64,000 nt of DNA. It comes from Octopus bimaculoides (lineage: Eukaryota). Position 1 is the stretch's first letter. Each line of letters starts with the position of its first letter. The notes beneath the pieces are model-generated. The model did not search any database. It worked only from the letters and a program-made list of their open reading frames with translations, and had not been told where the DNA came from. Made by a program: the position numbers and the translations under genes. Shown here piece after piece: positions 50,870 through 62,713 of the stretch. The stretch lies in contig NC_068993.1 in NCBI RefSeq assembly GCF_001194135.2, forward strand, positions 22,113,798-22,177,797, read 5' to 3'.

Positions 50870-51184
50870 CAAGGGTTCCCAAATTTTTTCGCCCTGCAGA
50901 CCTCTTGGCACCCAGATCATATTCCTGCCCACCCCCACCTCGCTCACCACCGCAAACATAGACCATTTTCTGCAGCAAATACAACAGTATTTCACAAATA
51001 AAGCTTAACCTAATTAACCCATTATTTTGTTTATTTTTAATTCCCCCGTTTGGCTATCCCGTTGCTTTTACATACCCCTTTTGGTTACCTCATTATCGCC
51101 CCACTTTTCTTGAATGCCCTCTGAATCTTTCTTCTCCCTATGTGGTGGTGGTGGTGGAAGTACCGCCCAGTTTGGTAACCATTG
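50870..51184. mobile_element. hAT-type MITE
   Basis: TIRs caagggttcccaaa / tttggtaaccattg (12/14 match); imperfect 8 bp flanks gattaaat / tattacat. Confidence 0.6.
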
Positions 51185-53597
51185 TATTACATTATCGCCA
51201 GTGGATTTAAAATTTGTTGAGCTGTTACTTCCTGGTCATCGCCATAGTTTAGTCTTCCATAGTTAATCTTCAAGTTCAGCAGAATTAATTATCGTCTAAT
51301 TACACAGAACACATTTGAGAACCAAACATGGTCTGTATTCTTGTATTCTTTTCTTTTCTTGCATTGACATATTACCCTTTTGTAAATGCAATCCTCTGAT
51401 TTCTAAGAATTCTTATTCTATGTAATACAACGTTTCTTTATAAGTATTATGATAATTATTAACAACTGAACGTTAACTTTAGAAATATATTGTGTGTATA
51501 TATATATAANNNNNNNNNNNNNNNNNNNNNNNNNNNNNNNNNNNNNNNNNNNNNNNNNNNNNNNNNNNNNNNNNNNNNNNNNNNNNNNNNNNNNNNNNNN
51601 NNNNNNNNNNNNNNNNATATATATATATATATAGTTCATTTGGGATAACTATTAAGGAACGTCTCTGGAAAACTCACAATTCACCTTCCACTATTTTTCT
51701 TTTCGTTGTAACTTATTTTGTTCTCTCCAAATTCTCTCACATTCTCTTTTATCTGTTTACCGTATTCTTCCTATTTTGTTACAAATATAACAAATACGAA
51801 AGACGAGTGACCCAAAATTTATGTACGATAGTTTCTGTTCTTACCTTTTTTTTATGTAATTTCCGACAACCACTTCTCACCTACCAGTGGGACTAGTGCT
51901 TTGTTCTCGGCATCTTGCTATCATTCGAAATGTATGATTTAGGATCGATTCCTTCCACTGAATCCATGACAATATGAACAATATCGATGCGATTATCTTA
52001 AATAGTATTCTTGTACTCAGCCAATCTACATTTGATATCAATCTTCATTCATCCTTACAAAGTGTTTATTCTTTATGCATCCTTACAAAGTTTTTCAATC
52101 CCTCAAACAACTACGGCGTCGTTTTCCACATCTTAGCAAGTTAAAAGCAGGAAAATAGACATCTATTGGTTTCTTTTGTGAATGATTTATCGAAATCTCT
52201 CGCTTGGTTGCGACGAAAATCCGTGTTTCATGAGGAACATTGTGTTTCTTGTTCCGAATGCCTTTATGTCATTATGTTGGTTCTCATTGTCATTTTACAT
52301 ATGGCAGTGTTGATAATTTATATCGTTGGTTTCAGTTTCACAGCTCAAGTAGATTGTCTTATGTGGTAAGTTTTCGATCCTAAATAATACCGAATACTAA
52401 CATCAGGATGTTTATATATTTGGTTTGTAATACAAAAAGCCACAATTCTACAATAGTTTAACAAGTGAGGTGATATACTTGAGTTTGAATAAGTTTGTGT
52501 TTAAAGCCTGGAACATTATTGGATCAATAAAAAGCACTACTCTCCGAGAGGAGAGTGTGCAATATCGGTGTTCCCTTCAGATTAACTGCGAGAGCTTTAA
52601 ATCAACAATGAAGATAGGTTCACCCGCATCAACCTTCCTTCATAACTAAGATAGCCTCAAGCTTAAGTTATCGGCTTACACGCTCTGTGTTCTGCCTTAG
52701 GAAGGCTGAATGTATTTTTTGTTACTTGGAGATTCTTCCTTGCTTGTTATCATCTATGACGGGATTAAGGATCAAATAAGGCGTTCTCCATTTTTCCAGT
52801 CCTCTTACAAATAACTTGCAATTCTGCTCTTCACTATAGATTCGGCTGAGCAAAATTCAAACAATCGAAATTTTTTTTTTTATATATAACCATACAATGT
52901 ATTTCTTACTATATTAGCAGCGGTGTGCTTTTCCCATTTTATTTTCATTGTTGTTGGTGCAAGGACAATACGAAGGGAGCAACAAATGACACACTACATT
53001 GCAGGTTATAGTGTAGAAACAGTCAGTGATTTACTCGATATGTTATCTTATTTTTATACGACCCTGTCAGTGAAGACAGGCTAGTGACCTTCACCTAATA
53101 CTTTCAGGATATCTGCAAGTAGCTGGAAGGAAACTTCTTAGAATGGAGGTCTAGATCAAAACACTGACAACTGATTAAACTCACCTGAAGACACCTAAAA
53201 ACCAGGTGATGGTGTATAACCGAGTGACAAATAAAGTCTACTACACAAAAACTTAGAATTCAAAGAGTCGTTGTAACAAATATCGTGAGACAGCTCACTC
53301 GATGCTTTAACACTTCTACCAATTCACCACCATGAAATGATACGTTATTTATCGGCCTCGAATAACAATGAGTAAAGTTGACCTCTGTGGGATTCGACAG
53401 CAGAGCAGAGAGCCCAGTAAGAAAAAGCGCAAAGGATTTTGTCGTACGTATCTGACGATTCTGTAAAGTTACAGCCTAATGATACAGGTCATAACTAAAA
53501 ATCAAGGGAGATATTTGGCTGCTTATGTGAGGAGAGAACTAATTTGAATTTTGCTATTTATATATAGAATGCATTCTATATATAAATTCTATATTCT

Positions 53598-53832
53598 AAG
53601 GGCGGAGAGCTGGCAGAAACGTTAGCACGCCGGGCGAAATACTTAGCGGTATTTCGTCTACCGCAACGTTCTGAGTTCAAATTCCACCGAGGTCGACTTT
53701 GCCTTTTATCCTTTCGGGGTCGATAAATTAAGTACTAGTTACGCACTGGGGTCGATGTAATCGACTTAATCCCTTTGTCCGTCCTTGTTTGTCCCCTCTA
53801 TGTTTAGCCCCCTATGGGCACTAAATAAATAA
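53598..53832 (+). mobile_element. SINE family A, young subfamily, near twin of 50604-50833
   Basis: Same diagnostic bases and same alternative tail. Confidence 0.95.
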
Positions 53833-53889
53833 ATATATATATATATATATAGAATATACATAAGAATATACAAACACACGCGCGCGCAC

Positions 53890-53926
<37 letters not shown>

Positions 53927-53930
<4 letters not shown>

Positions 53931-55168
53931 GGTTGGACAAAATAATGGGAACACTTCAAAATTTCAAACAAATTTAATTTGATATGGGGTAGGACCACCT
54001 TTGGCAGTGATTACAGCTTGAATTCTATATGTTATGGACTCGTACAAAGTTTGAATTGTTTCCAAAGGAATTCTTGTTCATTCTTCAGCTAAAACAGTCT
54101 CCAGTTCTTGTAGTGATGATGGTGGAGGGTATCAACTCCTTACTTGTTTTTTCTAAAATTCACCATAAATATTCAATAATATTGAGATCTGGGGACTGTG
54201 GTAGCCAGATAAGATGTTCAACTTCATTTGAATGTTCCTCGTACCATTCAGTAACAACTTTAGCGATGGGAATTGGTGCATTATCATCCTGAAAGCTTGC
54301 GTTTCCCTCCGGAAACAGTTCCGCAACGATAGGATGAATTTGATCAGATAAAATTCTTAAATAGTCTTGACTATTATTTCTGCTATTGGGACGTTGGATT
54401 TCCAAGATATAGCCCCCCAGATCATCACAGATCCTCCTCCATGTTTAACAGTTGGAAGAAAGCAGACTGGGTCAAATGTTTATTATGGCTGTCTCTGCTA
54501 GTGGTTGGAAATAAGGTAAAGGATGACTCATCCGAGAAAATAACATTTTTCCACTGCTCTAGGGACCAATTCTGTAGGTTTTTACTCCTCTCTAAACGGT
54601 TTGCAACGTTTGTTTTTCAAACTAGTTTTCTGATTGCACCCCCCCCCCATAAAATCCAGCTTTGTGCAGCTCCTGGTGAAGAGTGTTTATGGAAATTGGG
54701 TTCTCAATGTGGTCATTAAGCTCTGCAGTAATTCTGGGAGCTGGGCTTTTGTGATCTGTCCTATCAATTCACGTAAGATTCCGACGGTCCCTATCTGAAA
54801 GTTTAGGTTTTTTCCGGAGTTTTGTTTCGACGAGGAGGTTTTTCCCTCTTTCTCAAAGGCTGTCATTACTTTCGAGACAGTACTTCTTTATACACCAAAC
54901 GTTTCGGCTGTTTTCGCTACGTTAGCGCCTGCCATACGAGGACCAACAATTTGACCTCTTTGAAAGTCCGATAGATCTGTCATTTTAATGAATTTTAATA
55001 ACCTTTTTCTGATGATAACTGAAAAGAAACAGCAATTTTAGCAAAACATATTACGCAACACTAATCATAAGTCAAAAAGCATAAAAATAAACCAGCTTTT
55101 GACGGTTTTATAGATATTTCAAAATTATAATAGATGCTAGATGTTTCCATTATTTTGTCCAACCTCTG
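53927..55168 (-). mobile_element. Full-length decayed Tc1 (DD34E-type) transposon
   Basis: TIRs cagaggttggacaaaataatggg / tttccattattttgtccaacctctg, inserted in (TA)n; transposase from ATG 54983 MTDLSDFQRGQIVG..; FQDDNAP and WLPQSPDLNIIEYLW motifs. Confidence 0.93.
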
Positions 55169-55315
55169 TGTATATATACAAGTATATATACGTATATATG
55201 CATATGTATATGTGTCTGTATATATTTGTATGTATGTGTGTATACACACACACACACACACACACANNNNNNNNNNNNNNNNNNNNNNNNNNNNNNNNNN
55301 NNNNNNNNNNNNNNN

Positions 55316-55356
<41 letters not shown>

Positions 55357-55612
55357 AGTTGAATAAAATCAAAACAGCCTAGTCTTCACGTTTTTTTTAT
55401 TATGGTATTTTAATAAAACTAGCGCTTTCATACATAGTGTGCTCACCAGTTGAGTTCTTGATAACTTTAGTACCTATTCGAACGCTTCAACTAGAGAGAG
55501 AAAAAGAGAGAGGGGAAAAGAAGGAGAGATTGCATAAATGAGAGAAATTCATCGGAAGCGATAAATTTCGGTAATCGGTTTTTTTTTTCCATTATTTATT
55601 ATTCTACTCTCT

Positions 55613-55702
55613 CTTAAGTACCAGTAGCGTACTGAGGTCAATCTAATCGACCGGCACCCTCCCCAGAAATTGCAGGCCTTGTGCCTAGAGTAGAAGAGAT
55701 TA
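55613..55702 (+). mobile_element. SINE family A, 3' fragment
   Basis: taagtaccagtagcgtactgaggtcaatctaatcgac..gcaggccttgtgcctagagtagaagagattatt. Confidence 0.7.
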
Positions 55703-56869
55703 TTTATTATTCCCTATTTCTCTTAAATATTTCTATACATTTTGCTAGATTTTTGTGTGATACGCGTATAAAATCAACTTTGACAAGCTGAAACTTTTGT
55801 AGATTCAACTTATTGTTCACAATTGATCTGGAGATCATAGGGTCGTACTTTCATTTGAAAACGTTACATATTTTTAATCATCATTAGCATAGAAAATTTG
55901 GGGACAAAATAACAATCTGGTGAGATATTTCAAATGTATGTTTAAAGGAAAACTAGGATTAATTTTTGAGCTCATACGTTTTTCTCCAGTTGCATTCAAT
56001 TTATTTCATTTATTGAAGTATAATTATTCAACTTTGATCTCAACTTTCTATATTTTGTATATATGATAGAACAACTAATATCAAATACTCACAGCCATAA
56101 ATATACATACATATACATATAGATAGATATTGAGGAAGAAAGAGAGAGACGAAAAAGTTCACATAAACGTTTATGAATGCTTATGAATATATGCATACAC
56201 AAATAGTTGCACATATATACATATATACATTAATATACTTATACATATATGCGTACATACGTGAATCCATAACTAACCTTACATAAAAAATATGATCATG
56301 TATTTTTAAACGCTTTTTACCTAACTTTGGATATATCTGTCTGTGTTTATTATATTTAAGACAAGCATTAGGAAAAATATATAAATTCAAAACTTTGAAT
56401 AGATTAGATCGGCTACTTAACTCAGAATCGGAGTTCCTAAAAAAGAAAAAAAATTAAAATTAAACACTCGAACAAAAAAAAAAAAAAAAGATAGATATTT
56501 CCAGAAGGAACGTTTATGAAAATTATGGGAAAAAATGTAAACGGTTTATGAGATCTGAGCAATTTTTTTTATGGATTCACTAAATGATCTTAGCGTTTTA
56601 AAAACTATAAAACGCAAACTATACCTAATAGAGAGAATCTCGATATCAGACCGCTTTATGTTATGGGGATTATCACGTATATACATGTATGTTGTACCTT
56701 AGTCTTCTCTCCTCTCCCCCTTTCCCTTCACCCTCTCTTTTCCCCCTCTCTCCATCTACATAAATTGAGCAACATGGTTCTACTTCTTTTTGAATGCAAA
56801 TTAACACGCATGTATACATACGTATATATGTGTGTACATGTGTATGTATGTATCTGTATCTATATACCG

Positions 56870-57250
56870 GGAGCAATAGGTAAATTGTCGCAATGTTTGG
56901 TCTTGATTTTGTCGACTACTCAGTATAGTAGGGTCAGATGGGTACCGTCTGTGAGAAAGACAGCACTATGACGCAATTCACTCTGTCAGAAATTTGAAAA
57001 TAACATGCTGTGCTGCCTGGCATTCACGCTGAAAGCTCTAATACGAACATTTCAGTGTGTTTGGCTGTCAATATGAGTACAGTGCAGAAGATTCGGAAAG
57101 AGTTGGATCAGTCTAATGGTGATTACGAAGGTGCGTCAGCTTGGAAAACTCACTCTGGTTGTTGTGATAAGAAAAAAACTCTTGAATTTGTTAGTGTGAT
57201 CCAGGCCATGATTGACAACGTTCTCTCCAAGTCAATTAGGTCCTTCACGC
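56870..57250 (+). mobile_element. maT/DD37D-type transposon 5' end and N-terminal HTH region
   Basis: MTQFTLSEI*K*HAVLPGIHAESSNTNISVCLAVNMSTVQKIRKELDQSNGDYEG..IQAMIDNVLSKSIRS; 5' sequence homologous to 11645-11830. Confidence 0.75.
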
Positions 57251-57349
57251 AAGGGGAGGGCCGTATGTTTACATTGGGCAGACGCCTCATTCATTTAAGA
57301 ATCGTCATCGTAACCATGCTGCCTGCTTTAAGACAGTCAATAAGAGACA

Positions 57350-57550
57350 TTCAATATCGTTGGCAGATTTTGTATGGCGACTGAAGGAATATTAAATGAA
57401 GTACAGCAGAACTTGGTCCATAGTAAGGTACGCGAAACCATACAATATAATTTCCAGAAAATGTCGTCTCTGCTCTGATGAATCCCTGTCTATTCTGTAG
57501 ACTAATGAGAACATCATTAATAGAATTTTTGAATAATTCTCGAGATTTTT
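57350..57550 (+). mobile_element. PLE C-terminal (post GIY-YIG) fragment
   Basis: LADFVWRLKEY*MKYSRTWSIVRYAKPYNIISRKCRLCSDESLSIL*TNENIINRIFE*FSR matches LSxYxWxLK..WxI..PY..KCxLCxxE..IL..LNxRxExxSxC. Confidence 0.7.
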
Positions 57551-58009
57551 TATTCCTACACACATATAGATGTACTTTCACAAAATGCAGTAGGAATGAA
57601 TTTTGAGTAACCGTTAACATAATTCAATTTACTTTAACATATAGATGACTTAAGTTTACTTTTTACTTCCCCATTCTTACAAACACCAAGTAGATAGTTA
57701 ACTCGCTTTGTGGTCATGAGTGCACCACACCTCATGTGTGCGTATGCTCACGTTTTTGTGGATGCTTGTATAAGAGAGTGAACTCGCGTCATGCAGCTTG
57801 CCCGAGTGAATTTATACATCTATATTTTTTAACGGTTATTTTTAATACTTTTCTCGCTGGATTGCGTGTTCGTTTCTTTTTTTGCCATCTGTGATTTTGT
57901 TTTTGATCTTCTATATAATTGAAGATATTTCCTCCGTCTGGCTGCTTTCCTTTCTACAAACCAAGAAGTTACATTGCGAGACTGATACTTTAACGAGTTG
58001 TATTCATTT

Positions 58010-58115
58010 ATCACCCGACGAGATACATCTGCACTGTCAGATGCTCCTGAACCAGTTGCTGAGTATCCCTCCCATGAGGGATCTATGCTAGATGTGTTGA
58101 AACACTTGTCGTGAT
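58010..58115 (+). ncRNA. Type I hammerhead ribozyme motif with branched helix II
   Basis: ATCAC-CCGACGA-GATACATCT...AGATGTGTT-GAAAC-ACTT-GTC-GTGAT; helix I 5 bp perfect, helix II 9 bp, internal hairpins CATCTG/CAGATG and ATCCCT/AGGGAT; core U changed to C (CCGACGA). Confidence 0.75.
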
Positions 58116-58369
58116 TAATGATAAATTCTCGTATATTCCATCTTCCGGCTTTCATTTGCCAAAAGACTTTCTCACTTCCCGAGCGTTAAACTAATGCATC
58201 TGTTTATTGTTTACACACCCGTCTTCGTCTTTTTTTTTAATTCTCACTATATATTACATGCTCACGAGGTCGCACCAGTTTTATCCTTTCTCCACATCCA
58301 CTTCGAACTTTTCTTGGACTATTCTACCTGGATTCTCTACCTGGACTTTCTTCTACTCTTCTACTCTAC

Positions 58370-59281
58370 ACATCTCCAGATATCTTGACACTGTCCTTGC
58401 CCCTAGTGGCTTCCCTCCCGTCTCACATCCATGACACCAACCATGCTCTTCGTTTGTTCAACTCTTTCTCCTTCCCTCCTAGCCCATCTAAACTTCTCTT
58501 CACTCTTGACATCAAGAGTCTATACACGGTGATCCCTCACCACGAGGGTCTGCGTGCACTCCAACATTTTCTTGACCTTCGACCCAACCCCCAACCTGAC
58601 ACATCCACACTCCTTCATCTGGCCGAACTTGTCCTTTCATTTAACTGCTTCTCGTTCGCGGGTAATTTTTACCAGCTTCTCTCGGGAGTGGCCACGGGAA
58701 CGAGAATGGGCCCCAACTATGCGAACCTGTTCGTTGGCTACGTTGAGGCCCATATATTCTCAAGTTTCGCTTGTCCCACTCCTGAAATATATGGTCGTTA
58801 TATCCATGACTGTGTTGGTGCGACCTTACTCTCCCGCGAAAATGTACTCTTTTGTCAAATCTTTTCATCCTGCACTCCAATTCTCCTGCACTGTTTCCGA
58901 CACTTCAGTCACTTTTCTCGATATTTCGGTCAGTATTCATTACTCCACTCTCACCACCTCCATCCACTACAAACACACAGACTCACACTCATCCCTCAAC
59001 TTCTCATCCTACCCTACCCCCTCCAAGCTCTCCATCCCTATTCCCAATTCCTCATCTACTGCATCTCCTGTTCTCTCTGTCCTTCTTTATACATCGGTCA
59101 AATGGGACACCGCTTGGCTGACCAGTTCACGCCATACCTCCGAAACATCCGACTCGGCAATGACAACCCGGTCTCGCGCCATTTCCGTTCTACCGGTCAC
59201 TCTTTACAACACCTATCTGTGTTCGGATTGTCCTTGCACAGGCACCATCGGAACTCCGTCTTCGCCGTGAGCAGGGATTAA
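58370..59281 (+). mobile_element. Penelope-like element, RT + GIY-YIG endonuclease (degenerate)
   Basis: ISRYLDTVLAP/LVASLPSHIHDTNHAL..LFTLDIKSLYTVIPHHEGL..LVLSFNCFSFAGNFYQ..GVATGTRMGPNYANLFVG..GRYIHDC..; LIYCISCSLCPSLYIGQMGHRL. Confidence 0.93.
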
Positions 59282-59527
59282 TCCTCTCTCTTCGCTCCTT
59301 TGCGCCATATGGGCTCAACCCTCCTCTCCCCTTCATCTAACCCTCCTCCTCTCTCTTCTCTTCCTCTCACACCTACTTCCTCCAACCCACCTCTCCTTTC
59401 TCGCTCTCGCACCTACCTCCTCTGTTCACTCCTACCCACCTTCTCCCTCCTCCATCTGTTTTCATTGTCACCCCTCCCTCGTTACCCCATCCCGACACAA
59501 TCGAACTCCACCATCCCTATACATTCC

Positions 59528-60125
59528 NNNNNNNNNNNNNNNNNNNNNNNNNNNNNNNNNNNNNNNNNNNNNNNNNNNNNNNNNNNNNNNNNNNNNNNNN
59601 NNNNNNNNNNNNNNNNNNNNNNNNNNNNNNNNNNNNNNNNNNNNNNNNNNNNNNNNNNNNNNNNNNNNNNNNNNNNNNNNNNNNNNNNNNNNNNNNNNNN
59701 NNNNNNNNNNNNNNNNNNNNNNNNNNNNNNNNNNNNNNNNNNNNNNNNNNNNNNNNNNNNNNNNNNNNNNNNNNNNNNNNNNNNNNNNNNNNNNNNNNNN
59801 NNNNNNNNNNNNNNNNNNNNNNNNNNNNNNNNNNNNNNNNNNNNNNNNNNNNNNNNNNNNNNNNNNNNNNNNNNNNNNNNNNNNNNNNNNNNNNNNNNNN
59901 NNNNNNNNNNNNNNNNNNNNNNNNNNNNNNNNNNNNNNNNNNNNNNNNNNNNNNNNNNNNNNNNNNNNNNNNNNNNNNNNNNNNNNNNNNNNNNNNNNNN
60001 NNNNNNNNNNNNNNNNNNNNNNNNNNNNNNNNNNNNNNNNNNNNNNNNNNNNNNNNNNNNNNNNNNNNNNNNNNNNNNNNNNNNNNNNNNNNNNNNNNNN
60101 NNNNNNNNNNNNNNNNNNNNNNNNN
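59528..60125. other. Assembly gap
   Basis: Run of N. Confidence 0.99.
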
Positions 60126-60254
60126 ATATATATATATATATATATATACAAGGTAACAAACTGAGGAAAAGAAATCCTTCAAATGGTGTGTTAAACATCC
60201 AATTCACTGGTACTTCAGTTGGATACCATATAAATATTGGTAAAATACAATAAT

Positions 60255-61100
60255 AAAGATAAATTAAATATAGAGATATTCTATTGACATTCAATAATTT
60301 ATTTATAATACAATATTACACTAAATCATATGAATATAATATATAACATAACATAATATTATATAAATAATTATAAAAACTATAAAAGTCCAACAAATTC
60401 TTTCGACTTATATATATTTCTTCTGCTATACATAATCACAGTTCAATTATATATAAGTCACTTCAGGTCCCATCGGTTCAGAAAGACGACATCCCGCCTG
60501 GAAAGGACGGCTGGATTGTAAAAATTAATTCAAACGTCTGTGTTATGAGCGTGAACGTTAATTATTCAATCTTACACCAATTACCATAAAAAAACAACAA
60601 AAACATTTTAACGGACGATACAATCAACTAAGTGCAATCCACAACCAACGAAATTCATTTCATTATATCTCAGACATATACCAATTGAAACCCTTTTATG
60701 GCCAAGATAATCTCTTGTTATCACAACATACAATAATAATATATGTGTGTATATAAACGCATATAGTTAAGTATTTAAGTCTTCTCCAACGTGCAAGCAA
60801 AAACTATATAAACAATTATATCTTCAATACAACAACCCTTTTATCTATTTAAATTAGTTGGTATAAAAAAATTGGTTTGTATCGACGTTTTCTGTCGATT
60901 CACTATAATTGAAATGTGATTATGTATATCAGAAAAATATATATAAGTCCTAACAATTTGTTAGACTTTTACGATTTTTATAATTATTTATATAATATTA
61001 TGTTATGTTATATATTATATTTATAGTATTTAATGTAATATTGTAATATAAATAAATTATTGGATTGTCAATAGGTTATCTCTATATTTAATTTATCTTT
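60255..61100. mobile_element. AT-rich element with ~200 bp inverted arms (60255-60452, 60904-61100) carrying a degenerate hammerhead; probable inverted PLE pseudo-LTRs
   Basis: aaagataaattaaatatagagat..tataacataacataatattatataaataattataaaaa..aaaagtc is present in both orientations; flanked by (TA)n. Confidence 0.65.
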
Positions 61101-61406
61101 ATATATATATATATATATNNNNNNNNNNNNNNNNNNNNNNNNNNNNNNNNNNNNNNNNNNNNNNNNNNNNNNNNNNNNNNNNNNNNNNNNNNNNNNNNNN
61201 NNNNNNNNNNNNNNNNNNNNNNNNNNNNNNNNNNNNNNNNNNNNNNNNNNNNNNNNNNNNNNNNNNNNNNNNNNNNNNNNNNNNNNNNNNNNNNNNNNNN
61301 NNNNNNNATATGTATGCATATATATATATATATGTATGTATGTATGTATGTATATATATATATGTATGTATATATACATATATCAAGAGATAGATAGATA
61401 GATAGG

Positions 61407-61465
<59 letters not shown>

Positions 61466-61523
61466 TAATGGCCGATCTATAGAGTTACCCAGGGTTTCAT
61501 GTCCATAAAGCGCTTAACTTTAG

Positions 61524-61580
61524 GGTCTGAAGAGACGTCGTAAAGCGAAGCGATTTAGGGACTTGAAATCCTGAGTAACC
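61524..61580 (+). ncRNA. Type I hammerhead ribozyme motif (degenerate)
   Basis: GGT-CTGAAGA-GACGTC..GACTT-GAAAT-CCTGA-GTA-ACC; an inverted partial copy at ~61482-61500 reads GAAAC-CCTGG-GTA-AC on minus. Confidence 0.55.
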
Positions 61581-61866
61581 ACATAAATCGGTCATAATTA
61601 TCTTTAATTTATCCTACTGCTCTAATATTACAATGTGCTCCTGTTTTGGATTTATGACATATGTGTGTGTATGTGTATGTGTGTATGCGTGTGTGCGTGC
61701 TTTGTTGTGTATGTGCATGCGTGCGTGGGTGTTGGTATGTGTGTTCGTGTGCGTGTGTGTGTGTGTATTTGTGTGTATGTGTGTATTTGTGTGTGTGTGT
61801 GTGTGTGATAACAATGATGATATTGATCATACATAATATTTGCGATTGCAATAATTTATGTACAAC

Positions 61867-62070
61867 AAAGCGGCGAATTGTTAGCGCGACGGATAGGATA
61901 CTTGGCAGCTCTTCGTCCATATTTTCGTTCAAATTCAAAAGGGGTCAACATTACATTTTATCCTTTCAGGGTCCATAGAATAAGTACGAGTTAAATAATA
62001 GGATCGATGTAATCGATTTATCCCTTCTCCCGAAATTGCTGGCCATGTGCCACAGTTTGAAATCAATAAT
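61867..62070 (+). mobile_element. SINE family A, degenerate
   Basis: aaagcggcgaattgttagcgcg..gttcaaattc..tttatcctttcagggtccatagaataagtacgag..gatcgatgtaatcgattta..ggccatgtgccacagtttg. Confidence 0.75.
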
Positions 62071-62308
62071 CTATAGAGAAAAGCTTCAATATTCCAAGTG
62101 AGAAATACATAGTGCTTTCATGAGGAAATAGATGTTCGGATTTCTGTTCAACTCCATTTTCGATACGTGTATATAAATGTATTTCAGCTGTTCATTTTAC
62201 TCTACTAACAATGGTCTCAAGCTACAAACTTCCTTATAAGATATTTAATGATACCAATTTTGCGTTTACACCCTAAGATACTAATTTATAGCTGTAATCT
62301 AACACACT

Positions 62309-62364
<56 letters not shown>

Positions 62365-62638
62365 CTGAAATATATGATTTTATATATACACACACATACA
62401 TACATATACATATATACGTATAAACGTGGGCGGACAACTTTTATGAATGTAGTTAATAATGTACGTAATATGTATGTGTGTCTGTGTGTGGGTGCATGTG
62501 TCTGTGTGTATGTGCGCGTGCGTGGGTTGAGTCGTCATATTTATCAATAAACTCAAGAAATGAATTTACAAGCGATATACTTAAGTATGTACTTTGCAGA
62601 GCAGAGACAAGGAGGCGGACACAGACAGACAAACATAC

Positions 62639-62639
<1 letters not shown>

Positions 62640-62712
<73 letters not shown>
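62640..62712. repeat. (GATA)n microsatellite; similar arrays at 15367-15456, 34940-35010, 45915-45970 (reverse) and 61385-61465
   Basis: Direct inspection. Confidence 0.97.

Positions 62713-62713
<1 letters not shown>

Noticed and set aside
53180-53230. CTGAAGA followed by a CACCT/AGGTG hairpin
   Set aside because: No GAAA-helix III-NUH arrangement follows.
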